Below the pieces are notes generated by a model, which was given only the letters and a program-made list of their open reading frames with translations, searched no databases and was not told the origin of the DNA. Shown here piece after piece: positions 7,894-17,451 of a stretch of DNA of 64,000 nucleotides. The DNA is from Clostridia bacterium (GTDB lineage: Bacteria; Bacillota; Clostridia; Oscillospirales; CAG-272): NCBI GenBank assembly GCA_017411605.1, contig JAFQPR010000076.1:2328-66327 (forward strand), in the 5' to 3' direction. Every line of letters begins with the position of its first letter. The stretch's first letter is position 1. Position numbers and translations under genes: made by a program.

Positions 7894-7934
7894 AAAAAAC
7901 TCTTGCAGGTGAAATTTTCTGCAAGAGTTTTTTG
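7894..7934. terminator. Bidirectional intrinsic terminator between the TerD operon and the convergent aldolase gene
   Basis: Sequence aaaaaaCTCTTGCAG-gtgaaatttt-CTGCAAGAGtttttt: a 9-bp perfect stem flanked by an A-run and a T-run. Confidence 0.85.
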
Positions 7935-7966
7935 ATTTAATGTATTAAATTATTTAAAAACTATGG

Positions 7967-8992
7967 TCAGATAACGCTTTTTAAATATTCGATATCCTCA
8001 TCCGTTGTAGCCCAGCTTGTTGCAAAGCGCACAGCTTGATGAGAGTCATCGCATCTTTCCCAAATCTCAAATCCAACCTTGTCGCGCAGTTCTTCAATCT
8101 TAGAGTCGGAAAGAATAATAAACTGCTGGTTGGTCGGAGAATCGATAAAGAACTTATATCCCTTTTCTCTGAAAACGGATTTCAAGGCCTCCGCTTTTTC
8201 AATAGCATTTTTGCTTATTTCAAAATATAGTCCATCTGTAAAAAGCGTGTCAAACTGAACTCCGAGAAGGCGTCCCTTTGCCAAAAGCGCGCCGTTCTGC
8301 TTTATAGTTGTCAAAAAGTGTCTGGGAGTATTATTATGAGTGAACACAACAGCTTCTCCGCAGAGCGCCCCAACCTTTGTACCGCCTATATAGAAAACGT
8401 CGCAAAGTCTTGCAATGTCTGAAATAGTAACGTCTGTGTTATAACTCATAAGTCCATAACCAAGGCGTGCACCGTCAAGAAACAGGGGAATGCTGTATTC
8501 TTTGCAAATACCGGATAGTTCTTCAAGTTCGGAAAGAGTATAAAGAGTACCATATTCGGTCGGATGGGAGATGTAGAGCATTCCCGGGAATATCATATGC
8601 TCGTATGAGCCGTTGTCGTAGAAGTCCGAGATGAGCTTTTTTACGTCTGAGGGGCGTACCTTTCCGTCATAACCCGGAACGGCAAGTACCTTATGTCCCG
8701 AAGCCTCAACCGCGCCCGATTCATGCACGTTTATATGACCTGTAGTAGCAGAGATAACGCCCTCGTAGTTATGTAGCATGGAATCAATAACAATTCTGTT
8801 TGTCTGAGTACCGCCAACGAGAAAACGCACGTCAGCCTCGGGCGCGCCGCAGACCTCGCGTATCTTTTCTGCAGCGCTCTTTGTGTAATGATCGTTGCCG
8901 TAACCTTTTTCGTACTCCATATTTGATTTGATAAGATTTTCGAGTATTTTAGGGTGTGCCCCCATAATGTAATCGCATTCGAATGATATCAT
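7967..8992 (-). CDS. PLP-dependent low-specificity threonine aldolase / beta-eliminating lyase family protein
   Basis: 341 aa. N-terminal DY..G.HP.IL, GTQTN, HPTEYG, and GGTK (PLP-lysine context) are typical of the threonine aldolase family. AGAGG SD upstream. Confidence 0.75.
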   Translation of the reverse strand: MISFECDYIMGAHPKILENLIKSNMEYEKGYGNDHYTKSAAEKIREVCGAPEADVRFLVGGTQTNRIVIDSMLHNYEGVISATTGHINVHESGAVEASGHKVLAVPGYDGKVRPSDVKKLISDFYDNGSYEHMIFPGMLYISHPTEYGTLYTLSELEELSGICKEYSIPLFLDGARLGYGLMSYNTDVTISDIARLCDVFYIGGTKVGALCGEAVVFTHNNTPRHFLTTIKQNGALLAKGRLLGVQFDTLFTDGLYFEISKNAIEKAEALKSVFREKGYKFFIDSPTNQQFIILSDSKIEELRDKVGFEIWERCDDSHQAVRFATSWATTDEDIEYLKSVI

Positions 8993-9013
8993 AATTACCT
9001 CTTAAAATAGTTT

Positions 9014-9811
9014 TTATAAGATTTTGTGAATGTTTTCCGTTGCGTTTTCGGAAAACTTATGCGGAGTAACCCCCATGAGCTTTTTAAAGGTAGCGGCAAA
9101 ATAACTGCAATCGTTGAAACCGCAAGCAAAAGCAACGTCGGTTATAGAGGTTTTTTTTTCGCTTAGCATACGCTCTGCATTTTTTATTCGCACGAGTGCA
9201 ATGTATTCGGATATTCCAAAGCCTGTGATCTCTTTGAATTTTCTTGAGAAAAAGCTTTTACTAAAACCGAATTCCAATGAGAGCTCCGAGAGGGAAATAT
9301 TGTTTGCATAGTTCATGTTAATATATTTTACGGCCGCCTGCATGATCTGTGAATAACCGTCAAGCTTTGTTTCCGCATTTTTTATATCACTTCTGGAAAA
9401 AAGCACGAGCAGCTCGGTTATATACTGGATTATCATAAGCTCTGAGTAGCTGTCGCTGCGGACTTGCTCGGATTCGATTTTTTTGAATATACTTTCCACC
9501 TCGAAACCGTCGCGCTCGGATAGCTTTATAACTTTTTTTTGGAACGCAGCAAGAAGATTCGGTGAGGATACGTATTTCTCGGAGAAGTTTATAAGAAGTC
9601 TTTTTGTTCCGTCATTTCCGTATGAAGTGTTATGAATGACTCCCTTCGGTATAAGCACCACGTCGTTTTTTGAAACTTCAAAAAACTCGTCGTTTATAAT
9701 ATAGCGCATATTTCCTTCGCAGAGATAATATATTTCATAAAAATTATGAAAATGGCTTGTCATCATAATTGATTTTGTTGTATGCGCCCTGCTGATTAGA
9801 AGATCCTTCAT
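9014..9811 (-). CDS. AraC family transcriptional regulator (cupin N-domain plus HTH)
   Basis: C-terminal AraC-type HTH (SLSELSLEFGFSKSFFSRKFKE...TDVAFACGFNDCSYFAATFKK). Internal ATG at 9811 is preceded by AAAGGTG. The track ORF extends to 9865. Confidence 0.85.
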   Translation of the reverse strand: MKDLLISRAHTTKSIMMTSHFHNFYEIYYLCEGNMRYIINDEFFEVSKNDVVLIPKGVIHNTSYGNDGTKRLLINFSEKYVSSPNLLAAFQKKVIKLSERDGFEVESIFKKIESEQVRSDSYSELMIIQYITELLVLFSRSDIKNAETKLDGYSQIMQAAVKYINMNYANNISLSELSLEFGFSKSFFSRKFKEITGFGISEYIALVRIKNAERMLSEKKTSITDVAFACGFNDCSYFAATFKKLMGVTPHKFSENATENIHKIL

Positions 9812-10054
9812 TATTGCACCTTTGCGTTTTTTCTTTAGTATAGCACATATAAATAATATAATCAAGCAATATTTTTTTATTTTTAAACAAAATAAAGAAA
9901 AAATTAATAGAAAGTAAGAAAAAATTGTTATATATTAGAGTTGTAATAGAAAAATCATAATATAAATCGTGATTATGCAAAGGTACTCTTTGACGAGATG
10001 ATAAAAAGCACTAAGTCATATCTTACAATGTATAAAGTATAAAGAGGTGAAAAT

Positions 10055-11512
10055 ATGAAATACGCAACTCCGGAAAGCCGCGGCATACCTACCGAGGTTA
10101 TAAAAAGATACGTTGATCACTTGAACAATTCGTGTCTTTCCACTCATGATGTAATTATAGCTCGCGGTGACGATATTGTTTTTGAGAAATACTGGGAGCC
10201 GTTTGACAGTGAGTTCCTTCATAGAATGTACTCCGTAACAAAGAGCTTCGTAGCAATTGCTCTCGGTTTTTTGGCAGATGAGGGAAGGGTTGATCTCGAT
10301 GCCCCTATTTCTGTATATTTTCCTGAAGAAAGTGCCAAAAGTCCCGACGAAAATGTAAGAAAACAAACAATTCGTCACATGATGGGTATGCGTACCGCGT
10401 ATCCTAAAGGAGCGAAGAATTGGTTTAGCCAAAGATGCTCTGACCGCGTTCTTGAATACTTCACCGATATGACGGGTGCTCAGTATCCTTCGGGAACGCT
10501 TTTCCGATATGATAGCTCGGGCTCATTTGTTCTCGGTGCTCTTGTCGAACGGGTCACGGGAAAAACTATAACGGAATATCTTTATGATAAGTTCCTATGT
10601 AAGCTTGGTGTAAAGGGCGCGTATATGTTAAAATGTCCCGGAGGTCATAGCTGGGGAGATTCCGCCCTTCTTATGCGTCCGATAGACCTTCTCAAGGTTG
10701 GAAGATTTATGCTTAACGGCGGCTCTTGGGAAGGCGAGCAGCTTTTGTCACGGAAATTTGTTGAAGAGGCAACCTCTAATCTTGCTTCAACCGCATCCTA
10801 CGGCTGGGACAATCTCAGTGAGCTTGGATACGGTTATCTCATCTGGAGAACGAAGAACAATTCATTCTTCTTCAACGGTATGGGCTGCCAGTTTGCTATC
10901 TGCTGCCCCGATAAGGATGTTATTCTCGTTTATAACGGCGATAATCAAGGGAATGACCTTGCAAAGAGCAAAATTATTGACGGCTTCTTTGATATAGTGT
11001 ATAATAATATCACCGATGATGTATTACCCGAATATTGCGGCGAGCCGCTGGCAGAGCAGAAGCTCTTCACGCTTAAAGGTAATTATTCCTCGCCTCTTAC
11101 AGATAAAATTAACGGTAAAAAATACGTTCTTAAGCAAAATCCCATGAAGATAAGCGAATTTACTCTTAAGTTTGAGGGGAATCGCGGCAGCTTCACGTAC
11201 GTTAATGCGACGGGAGAGAAAACAATCAACTTCGGCTTTGGCGAGAACGTATTTGAGAAGTTCCCCGAGGACGGGTATTCGGACGAGGTAGGCTCTGTGA
11301 GAGCCCCGGGTAACAAGTATAACTCCGCAAGCTCTGCGAGCTTCCCGACGGAAAACGAGCTTCTCATAAGAACGCAGATTATTGATAAGTATTTCGGTAA
11401 CCTTGCGATACTCTTTAGTTTCCGAGATGATATAGTTTCTCTCGAAATGAGAAAATGCGCCGAGGACTTTCTTTCCGAGTATTCGGGGATAGCAACGGGA
11501 AATTTGGCATAA
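10055..11512 (+). CDS. Serine hydrolase of the beta-lactamase (class C/esterase) family
   Basis: SVTKSF (SxxK nucleophile motif) in the N-terminal domain. 485 aa with an extra C-terminal domain. AGAGGTG SD upstream. Confidence 0.75.
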   Translation: MKYATPESRGIPTEVIKRYVDHLNNSCLSTHDVIIARGDDIVFEKYWEPFDSEFLHRMYSVTKSFVAIALGFLADEGRVDLDAPISVYFPEESAKSPDENVRKQTIRHMMGMRTAYPKGAKNWFSQRCSDRVLEYFTDMTGAQYPSGTLFRYDSSGSFVLGALVERVTGKTITEYLYDKFLCKLGVKGAYMLKCPGGHSWGDSALLMRPIDLLKVGRFMLNGGSWEGEQLLSRKFVEEATSNLASTASYGWDNLSELGYGYLIWRTKNNSFFFNGMGCQFAICCPDKDVILVYNGDNQGNDLAKSKIIDGFFDIVYNNITDDVLPEYCGEPLAEQKLFTLKGNYSSPLTDKINGKKYVLKQNPMKISEFTLKFEGNRGSFTYVNATGEKTINFGFGENVFEKFPEDGYSDEVGSVRAPGNKYNSASSASFPTENELLIRTQIIDKYFGNLAILFSFRDDIVSLEMRKCAEDFLSEYSGIATGNLA

Positions 11513-11551
11513 GGCTTTAGGTCGAGATTTGAAAGGGAAGAGTGCAATAGT

Positions 11552-12781
11552 ATGAAAAATGTAATTCAGTTTGGAACGGGAGCGTTTCTCAGAGGCTTCT
11601 TTGATTGGATGATATCGGAAGTATGCAATAAAACCGATTTCAAATCAAAAATAACGGTTATTCAGTCTACTTCACGAGGACTGGCAGATGCTATTAATTC
11701 TTCTTCGGAATATACTCTTTATGCAAGAGGTATAGAGGCAGGAGAGCCGATAGTTAAAAAGTATCAAATAGAAACTCTTGATAAATGTATCGTTACGTCC
11801 TCCGACTATGACGCGTTCCTTGCGCTTGCGAATGATGAAAGCTATAAATATATAGTTTCAAATACTACCGAGGCAGGAATTAAATACGCGCCCGAGGATA
11901 CGAAGGATGCTCCCGCGTCATCCTTCCCGGGAAAGCTTACTCAGCTCCTTTACGCAAGATTTGAAGCGGATCTTGACGGCTTTACGGTTTTGCCATGCGA
12001 GCTGATAGAAAATAACGCAGGCGAGCTTAAGAAAATAGTTCTCCGCTATGCCGAAGAATGGAATCTCGGAGCAGAATTTGCGGAATGGGTAGAAACAAAG
12101 AACAAGTTCTGTAATACATTGGTAGACAGAATAGTTACGGGTTATGATGAAAGTATGGGGGAAAGCAATCCTCTCTCTAATACTTGCGAGCTTTATCATC
12201 TCTGGGTGATCGAAGGTACGGACGTAGGAATTCCGTTTAGAGAGGCAGGACTTAACGTAGTGTATACCGACGATCTTGAAAAGTACAGAACACGTAAGGT
12301 ACGTATTCTCAACGGCGCGCATACGTCCCTTATTCCGTATGCTCTCCTCGAGGGTGAGGAAACCGTTCTGGATGCTATCAGCAACCCTGAGCTTAAAGCG
12401 CATCTTAAAGGATGTCTGTCTGAGGTTTTACCAACACTTTCAGAGCTTTATACAGAGGACGAGCTTAAGAACTATATGAATGAGGTCATAGAGCGCTTTA
12501 CCAATCCATATATAAAGCATAAATGTCAGGCAATAGCGCTTAATTCCGTAAGCAAATTCAAGGTACGCTGTCTACCGTCCATAAAGGCTTATTATGAAAT
12601 TTACAATAAGCCGCCGCAGCACTTATCAGTTGCGTGCGATAAGCTGATAGAATTCTATAAAAAGGGTACTCCGTGCGACGATAACGAGCTTATAGAGTAT
12701 ATAAAATCTCACACGAGAGAAGAGATTCTTTCGTCGGGCAGGGTATTTGGAGAAGATATTTCAAAATATATTGCAGGTTAA
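11552..12781 (+). CDS. uxaB: Tagaturonate reductase (altronate oxidoreductase), mannitol dehydrogenase family
   Basis: Collinear similarity to UxaB as I recall it: IQFG.G.FLR.F.DW, SNTTEAGI, PCELI..N, TLVDRIVTGY, RILNGAHT, RF.NPYIKH. Confidence 0.85.
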   Translation: MKNVIQFGTGAFLRGFFDWMISEVCNKTDFKSKITVIQSTSRGLADAINSSSEYTLYARGIEAGEPIVKKYQIETLDKCIVTSSDYDAFLALANDESYKYIVSNTTEAGIKYAPEDTKDAPASSFPGKLTQLLYARFEADLDGFTVLPCELIENNAGELKKIVLRYAEEWNLGAEFAEWVETKNKFCNTLVDRIVTGYDESMGESNPLSNTCELYHLWVIEGTDVGIPFREAGLNVVYTDDLEKYRTRKVRILNGAHTSLIPYALLEGEETVLDAISNPELKAHLKGCLSEVLPTLSELYTEDELKNYMNEVIERFTNPYIKHKCQAIALNSVSKFKVRCLPSIKAYYEIYNKPPQHLSVACDKLIEFYKKGTPCDDNELIEYIKSHTREEILSSGRVFGEDISKYIAG

Positions 12782-12785
12782 GAGA

Positions 12786-14159
12786 ATGTTAATTCATAAA
12801 AGTGATAACGTAGATATCAATCTTGAAAACGGGCATAAGTACGCCTGTAAAAGAATAAAAAAAGGCGAAGCGGTAATAAAATACGGAATGCCAATAGGCA
12901 CCGCAACAGAGGATATACCTCAGGGAGCTCACGTTCATACCCATAATATGAAAACAAGCCTGAGCAGCACACTTGAATATGAATATAACCCCATAGCGTG
13001 TGAAGTTAAAAAGGAAGGAAAAGAGTTTTTCTTCCTAGGCTATGAAAGGGAGAACGGGAATGTCGGCATACGCAACGAGGTGTGGATAATACCTACTGTG
13101 GGTTGCGTAAATAAGGTAGCAGAAAAAATAGCGAGGGAAACGGGCGCTAAAGCGATAACCCATCCCTTTGGCTGCTCTCAGCTTGGCGGCGACCATAGAT
13201 ACACTCAGAATATTCTTCGCGGACTTGTAAATCACCCGAATGCTGCGGGCGTACTCGTTCTCGGACTGGGCTGCGAGAATAACAATATAGCGGAATTCAA
13301 AAAGCAGCTTGGAGAATATGATGCGGCACGTGTTAAGTTTTTGCAGTGCCAGGATTCAAATGATGAAATAGAAGAGGGGATAACTCTTGTCCATGATCTG
13401 ATAGAATACAGTAAGCATTACGCAAGGCGGAAAATCCCCGTATCAAAGCTGAAAATCGGTCTTAAATGCGGTGGAAGTGACGGTTATAGCGGTATCACCG
13501 CAAATCCCGCGGTAGGTGCCGTAAGCGATATTCTTATCTCGAACGGTGGCACGTCAATAATGACCGAGGTGCCCGAGATGTTCGGTGCCGAAACTCTTCT
13601 TATGGAACGGTGCGCAAGCCGCGAGGTGTTCGATAAGCTTGTGCGAATGGTTAACGGATTCAAGCGTTATTTCGAGAGCTACGGCCAACCCGTGTATGAA
13701 AATCCATCTCCGGGAAACAAGGCGGGCGGTATCACAACTCTTGAAGAAAAATCGCTCGGATGTGTTCAAAAAGGCGGTCACGGTCCCATAGTTGACGTGC
13801 TCTTTAACGGTGACACTGCAACTAAAAACGGACTTAACCTTCTTGACGGTCCGGGTAATGATATTTGTGCCATAACCAACCTTACGGCGGCAGGCGCTCA
13901 TATGATTCTCTTCACGACAGGCAGGGGAACTCCGCTCGGAGCGCCAATACCAACATTGAAGATAGCGACTAACCGTGCCCTCGCCGAGCGTAAGTCCTCG
14001 TGGATCGACTTTGATGCATCATCTGCTCTCGAAAATATGGCGGACTGCGCTGACGCGCTGTTCAATCTTGTAATCGAGATAGCCTCGGGTAAGGACACAA
14101 AAAACGAGATCAGCGGTTATTCGGAAATTGCGATTTTCCATGACGGTGTAACGCTTTGA
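12786..14159 (+). CDS. uxaA: Altronate dehydratase
   Basis: SAF-like N-domain (KYGMPIGTATEDIPQGAHVHTHN) plus a UxaA/GarD-type C-domain. ATG 12786 lies just after the uxaB stop. The track ORF opens at 12747 inside uxaB. Confidence 0.9.
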   Translation: MLIHKSDNVDINLENGHKYACKRIKKGEAVIKYGMPIGTATEDIPQGAHVHTHNMKTSLSSTLEYEYNPIACEVKKEGKEFFFLGYERENGNVGIRNEVWIIPTVGCVNKVAEKIARETGAKAITHPFGCSQLGGDHRYTQNILRGLVNHPNAAGVLVLGLGCENNNIAEFKKQLGEYDAARVKFLQCQDSNDEIEEGITLVHDLIEYSKHYARRKIPVSKLKIGLKCGGSDGYSGITANPAVGAVSDILISNGGTSIMTEVPEMFGAETLLMERCASREVFDKLVRMVNGFKRYFESYGQPVYENPSPGNKAGGITTLEEKSLGCVQKGGHGPIVDVLFNGDTATKNGLNLLDGPGNDICAITNLTAAGAHMILFTTGRGTPLGAPIPTLKIATNRALAERKSSWIDFDASSALENMADCADALFNLVIEIASGKDTKNEISGYSEIAIFHDGVTL

Positions 14160-14198
14160 TAAGAATAAACAATTGACAATAAAAAAGAATACATAAAA

Positions 14199-14256
14199 GA
14201 GAAAAGCTTCCAAAATGCCAACTATTATACGCATTTTGGAAGCTTTCCTCTTTTGA
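14199..14256. terminator. Bidirectional intrinsic terminator (uxaA / GDPD gene)
   Basis: 16-bp perfect stem AAAGCTTCCAAAATGC / GCATTTTGGAAGCTTT with a 12-nt loop and T-rich tails on both strands. Confidence 0.85.
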
Positions 14257-14273
14257 TTTTGATGAATTGCATT

Positions 14274-15002
14274 TTATTCAATAATATTGGTTGTAATATA
14301 ATCGATACCCATATCGATAAGTTTCTCTGCATCTGCGACTTCGTCGACGGTCCATACGTTGACAACAGCTCCGATCTCATGGCATTTGTCAAGCAGCTCC
14401 TTGGTAACCGCTTTATAGTATATATCGAGATCGTACTTATATTTCGCGAGAATATCAACGAGATCCTCGGGTACCTTAGCGCCGATAAGGAACTGGACTT
14501 TCTGTTCGGGATTCTTTTTCCTTATAGCGTGAAGGTTTTCGATAGAGAATGAGATGAAGACCGTTTCTTCGATGTAGCCGAGCTCGGCTATCTCGTCATA
14601 GATAGCATAAACGTCCTCGTCCGGCATTCTGTTCTTGAGTTCAAGAACGGCAATCTTACCGTACTTCTTGCAAATGCCGATATATTCCGCGAGGCTCGGC
14701 ATATGGAGATCAACGCGAGTCTTACCCGTTTCCATATCATAGAGTGGAATTGCGCGAAGTGTGTCGAAATCACTCTCCTCGATAACGATATCAACGCCGC
14801 TGACGCGCTTTGCGTTATCGTCGTGAGTAGCAATGATTTTTTTATCCTTTGTGACGTGAACGTCGGTTTCTATGCCCCAATAGGAGCGATTTCCCGAGGC
14901 GATATACGCCGCTATGGTATTTTCTGTCTCAAGCCCCTTCGCGCCCATATGCGCGACCATTTTTGTATGCCCGTGGCTCTTAAGCTTTTTTGTGTCAATC
15001 AT
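14274..15002 (-). CDS. Glycerophosphodiester phosphodiesterase (GDPD family)
   Basis: HMGAKG..ENT, GIETDVH.TKD, and ATHDD are typical GDPD motifs. Confidence 0.85.
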   Translation of the reverse strand: MIDTKKLKSHGHTKMVAHMGAKGLETENTIAAYIASGNRSYWGIETDVHVTKDKKIIATHDDNAKRVSGVDIVIEESDFDTLRAIPLYDMETGKTRVDLHMPSLAEYIGICKKYGKIAVLELKNRMPDEDVYAIYDEIAELGYIEETVFISFSIENLHAIRKKNPEQKVQFLIGAKVPEDLVDILAKYKYDLDIYYKAVTKELLDKCHEIGAVVNVWTVDEVADAEKLIDMGIDYITTNIIE

Positions 15003-15022
15003 AATTTGTATCTCCCCAAAAA

Positions 15023-16180
15023 TTAATTTGAAAGTCCAATATCCGAAAGAAGCTTTTGCATATCGTCAGCCTTATCTGAGGATATTGAGCTGTTATACTT
15101 TAATTCATTAACCGAACGTTTCATTCCACCGCAAAATATTAGCTTGAACCATCTTCGGACTTCCATGAACGGAGTTAACCATTTGTGTTTTTGAAGCACA
15201 GGATAGTGGAACTTTATCTCGTCATATGGAATAAATATTCTAGACATTGCGTATTTGAACTTACCGCCCTTTTTCTGTTGTTGCACGGCAACTCTGTTCT
15301 CGTTATTTCCGTAAACTCCGCCATAGAGAATATAGTTTTCCATTTTCAAAGAAACGTCATCTTTTTTTGCTGATTCAAACCATATTCTGCTGAGTTTTCT
15401 TGCGGAGTTTGCAAACTTTAATAGTCCGCCGCGTTCGAGCAAATTATCGCGTGCGGAAATATCCGCGTCTTTGATATTATCCAATATCCAAAGATCGATG
15501 AATGGTCTGATACCGCAACCGCCGTTTTCAAAGTGCTTTGCCATGTGAGCAATGTGATAAAAATAAAACATTTCATCATTCATATCGTAGCAATGCCCAA
15601 AGCCTTGCCTCAGCGTTGTACAGTTCCATACCGAGCTTAAAACCGATGAGGATTCATTTGCTATACCGTCTTCAACGAGATTGTAATGAAGTTCAACGTG
15701 GATACCGCCTGCGGAAAAGAGCGAAATATCGTGCGAGCCTTTGCCGTGATATGTATACTCGTGCTCATGAGTAAGCAGCTTTACAGCCCGCTCGGTATCT
15801 TCATCGTGAACGAGAATATCTATATCGCAGCTAGTTCTCATCCATCCCTCGGGATAGTATTTACGGATAACCGAGCCCTTCAGCGGGATAAAATCTATCC
15901 CTGCGCCTTCAAGTGCTTCGCAGAGGACTTCGTATTCATGGCTCAACTGCTTATACCTAAGAACAGCTTTAAAAATGCCGTTTTCGGAGTTGTCGGCAGA
16001 GATAGAATTTTTCTCAAGAGCATAAGAGATCAAATGCCCGAGATCGTGATGCTTTGCGATCTTAAATACATCGCGAATAGTATCTCCCGAAAGCGAAGTC
16101 TTTTCGCTATCGGTAAGCTCGTTGCCACAAATCGCAGAACGCAAAAGGGCAAAGAGCAATTGCTTTGTTTCTTGATTCAT
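15023..16180 (-). CDS. Uncharacterised nucleotidyltransferase-family protein (NTP_transf_5-like)
   Basis: PLKG..IRKYYP....R...DIDILV resembles the uncharacterised nucleotidyltransferase family. GGAGG SD upstream. Confidence 0.6.
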   Translation of the reverse strand: MNQETKQLLFALLRSAICGNELTDSEKTSLSGDTIRDVFKIAKHHDLGHLISYALEKNSISADNSENGIFKAVLRYKQLSHEYEVLCEALEGAGIDFIPLKGSVIRKYYPEGWMRTSCDIDILVHDEDTERAVKLLTHEHEYTYHGKGSHDISLFSAGGIHVELHYNLVEDGIANESSSVLSSVWNCTTLRQGFGHCYDMNDEMFYFYHIAHMAKHFENGGCGIRPFIDLWILDNIKDADISARDNLLERGGLLKFANSARKLSRIWFESAKKDDVSLKMENYILYGGVYGNNENRVAVQQQKKGGKFKYAMSRIFIPYDEIKFHYPVLQKHKWLTPFMEVRRWFKLIFCGGMKRSVNELKYNSSISSDKADDMQKLLSDIGLSN

Positions 16181-16222
16181 AGCAACCTCCTTTTTTATTA
16201 TGCATTAAAAGAAATGATTAAA

Positions 16223-16627
16223 TTATTCTTTTTTACCATTATTTAATTCAGCTTTAATTTGCGAAGTGCTAATTTCCGGTGTCCTTGGAATATATATAAC
16301 TTCGCAACCTTCATCTTTTAAATAATCAAATTTACCTTTCCAATCGTCGCCTATAACAAATGTATCTATATGATATTCATGTATATCATTTCTTTTCTGT
16401 TCCCAGGTTTCTTCGGGAATTACCAAATCAACATATCGAATGGATTCTAAAAGAGCTTTTCTTTGCTCATATGTAAAGTAGCTTTTTTTCTTTTTTTCAT
16501 TCCAATTAAATTCATCTGTAGATACGCAAACGATCAAATAATCACCTAATTCTTTTGCACGCTTAAGTAAATTAATGTGACCGTAATGAAGCAAGTCAAA
16601 TGTTCCGTATGTTATAACTTTTCTCAT
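16223..16627 (-). CDS. tagD: Glycerol-3-phosphate cytidylyltransferase (makes CDP-glycerol)
   Basis: VITYGTFDLLHYGHINLLKRAKELGDYLIV... is the classic TagD/Gct cytidylyltransferase N-terminus. 134 aa. Confidence 0.9.
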   Translation of the reverse strand: MRKVITYGTFDLLHYGHINLLKRAKELGDYLIVCVSTDEFNWNEKKKKSYFTYEQRKALLESIRYVDLVIPEETWEQKRNDIHEYHIDTFVIGDDWKGKFDYLKDEGCEVIYIPRTPEISTSQIKAELNNGKKE

Positions 16628-16643
16628 GTAGTATCCCCTTTAA

Positions 16644-17447
16644 TTATCGATATTTAGCTGTAAAATGATGATGAGTTATTTGCTTATCCTTGGGCGGTAA
16701 TTTCATATAGTCTTTATAAAGTTGAGTCAAATATTGATGATACTCAGTAGTAGCATTAAATTCTTGTTCTTCGAATTTAACAGTTGAATACGTTTCCACA
16801 AATGATTTTGGAAACATTTCTATTATACCATATGCTCCGCCGGACATATAAACATATTCCGATTCGTCATAATTATATTGCTTTGCCAGCGTTTCGTATT
16901 CCTGCTGGAATTTATGTAAGCTTGCTTTTTTATTTCTAAAATACAATAAAAGATTTTTCGTATACTTAATTAGATTTTTTCTAAGTCGAGGTTTAAGCAA
17001 AGCAAAACTATTTATTCTTTTTCTCAATCTGAATAGTTTGTTAAAATGATTATCGCGAGTATCGCTATCAGATGGCATACCCTCTATGGGGAAAATGTCA
17101 ATGTAAACGCCCATATCTTTGATAGGCTGACAATTGTGCTCTTGAAGTATTGTTTTGCTATCAACTATTTTTGCAAAATTATAATAATAGTCATCTTGAT
17201 TAGGTGAGAGAATTTTGTACTCATTATCGGTAGTTTGTAATATATCAACTAGCTTATCGAAATCCGGTCGTGGCATCATAATGTCAATGTCATCATCCCA
17301 TGGAATAAATCCTCTATGACGGATAGCACCCAACAATGTACCACCGCATAAAGAATATCTAAGATTGTTGTCTTTGCAAACCTTATCAATATATACTAAA
17401 ATGTTAAACTCTATCCTTTTGATTTCTTCAAGTTCAATCTCTTTCAT
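16644..17447 (-). CDS. licD: LicD-family phosphotransferase (transfers an alcohol phosphate from a CDP-alcohol to a glycan)
   Basis: LCGGTLLGAIRHRGFIPWDDDIDIMMPR is the LicD signature. Confidence 0.85.
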   Translation of the reverse strand: MKEIELEEIKRIEFNILVYIDKVCKDNNLRYSLCGGTLLGAIRHRGFIPWDDDIDIMMPRPDFDKLVDILQTTDNEYKILSPNQDDYYYNFAKIVDSKTILQEHNCQPIKDMGVYIDIFPIEGMPSDSDTRDNHFNKLFRLRKRINSFALLKPRLRKNLIKYTKNLLLYFRNKKASLHKFQQEYETLAKQYNYDESEYVYMSGGAYGIIEMFPKSFVETYSTVKFEEQEFNATTEYHQYLTQLYKDYMKLPPKDKQITHHHFTAKYR

Positions 17448-17451
17448 TATA

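Noticed and set aside
1-7934. Classifying the 5' operon as a canonical TerY-P triad or ter (terZABCDE) locus
   Set aside because: No vWA (TerY), PP2C phosphatase, TerC, TerB or TelA-like product is visible among the six genes. Only the TerD domain and a kinase are shared. Upstream genes beyond the window cannot be excluded.
9153-9161. Homopolymer tracts as phase-variation switches: T9 here in the AraC gene, and A/T 8-mers at 9533-9540, 23134-23141 and 16480-16500
   Set aside because: Runs of 8-9 nt encode Lys stretches and are frequent in this AT-rich coding sequence. They are below the lengths usually tied to slipped-strand switching. The one in the glycosyltransferase gene lies near the 3' end.
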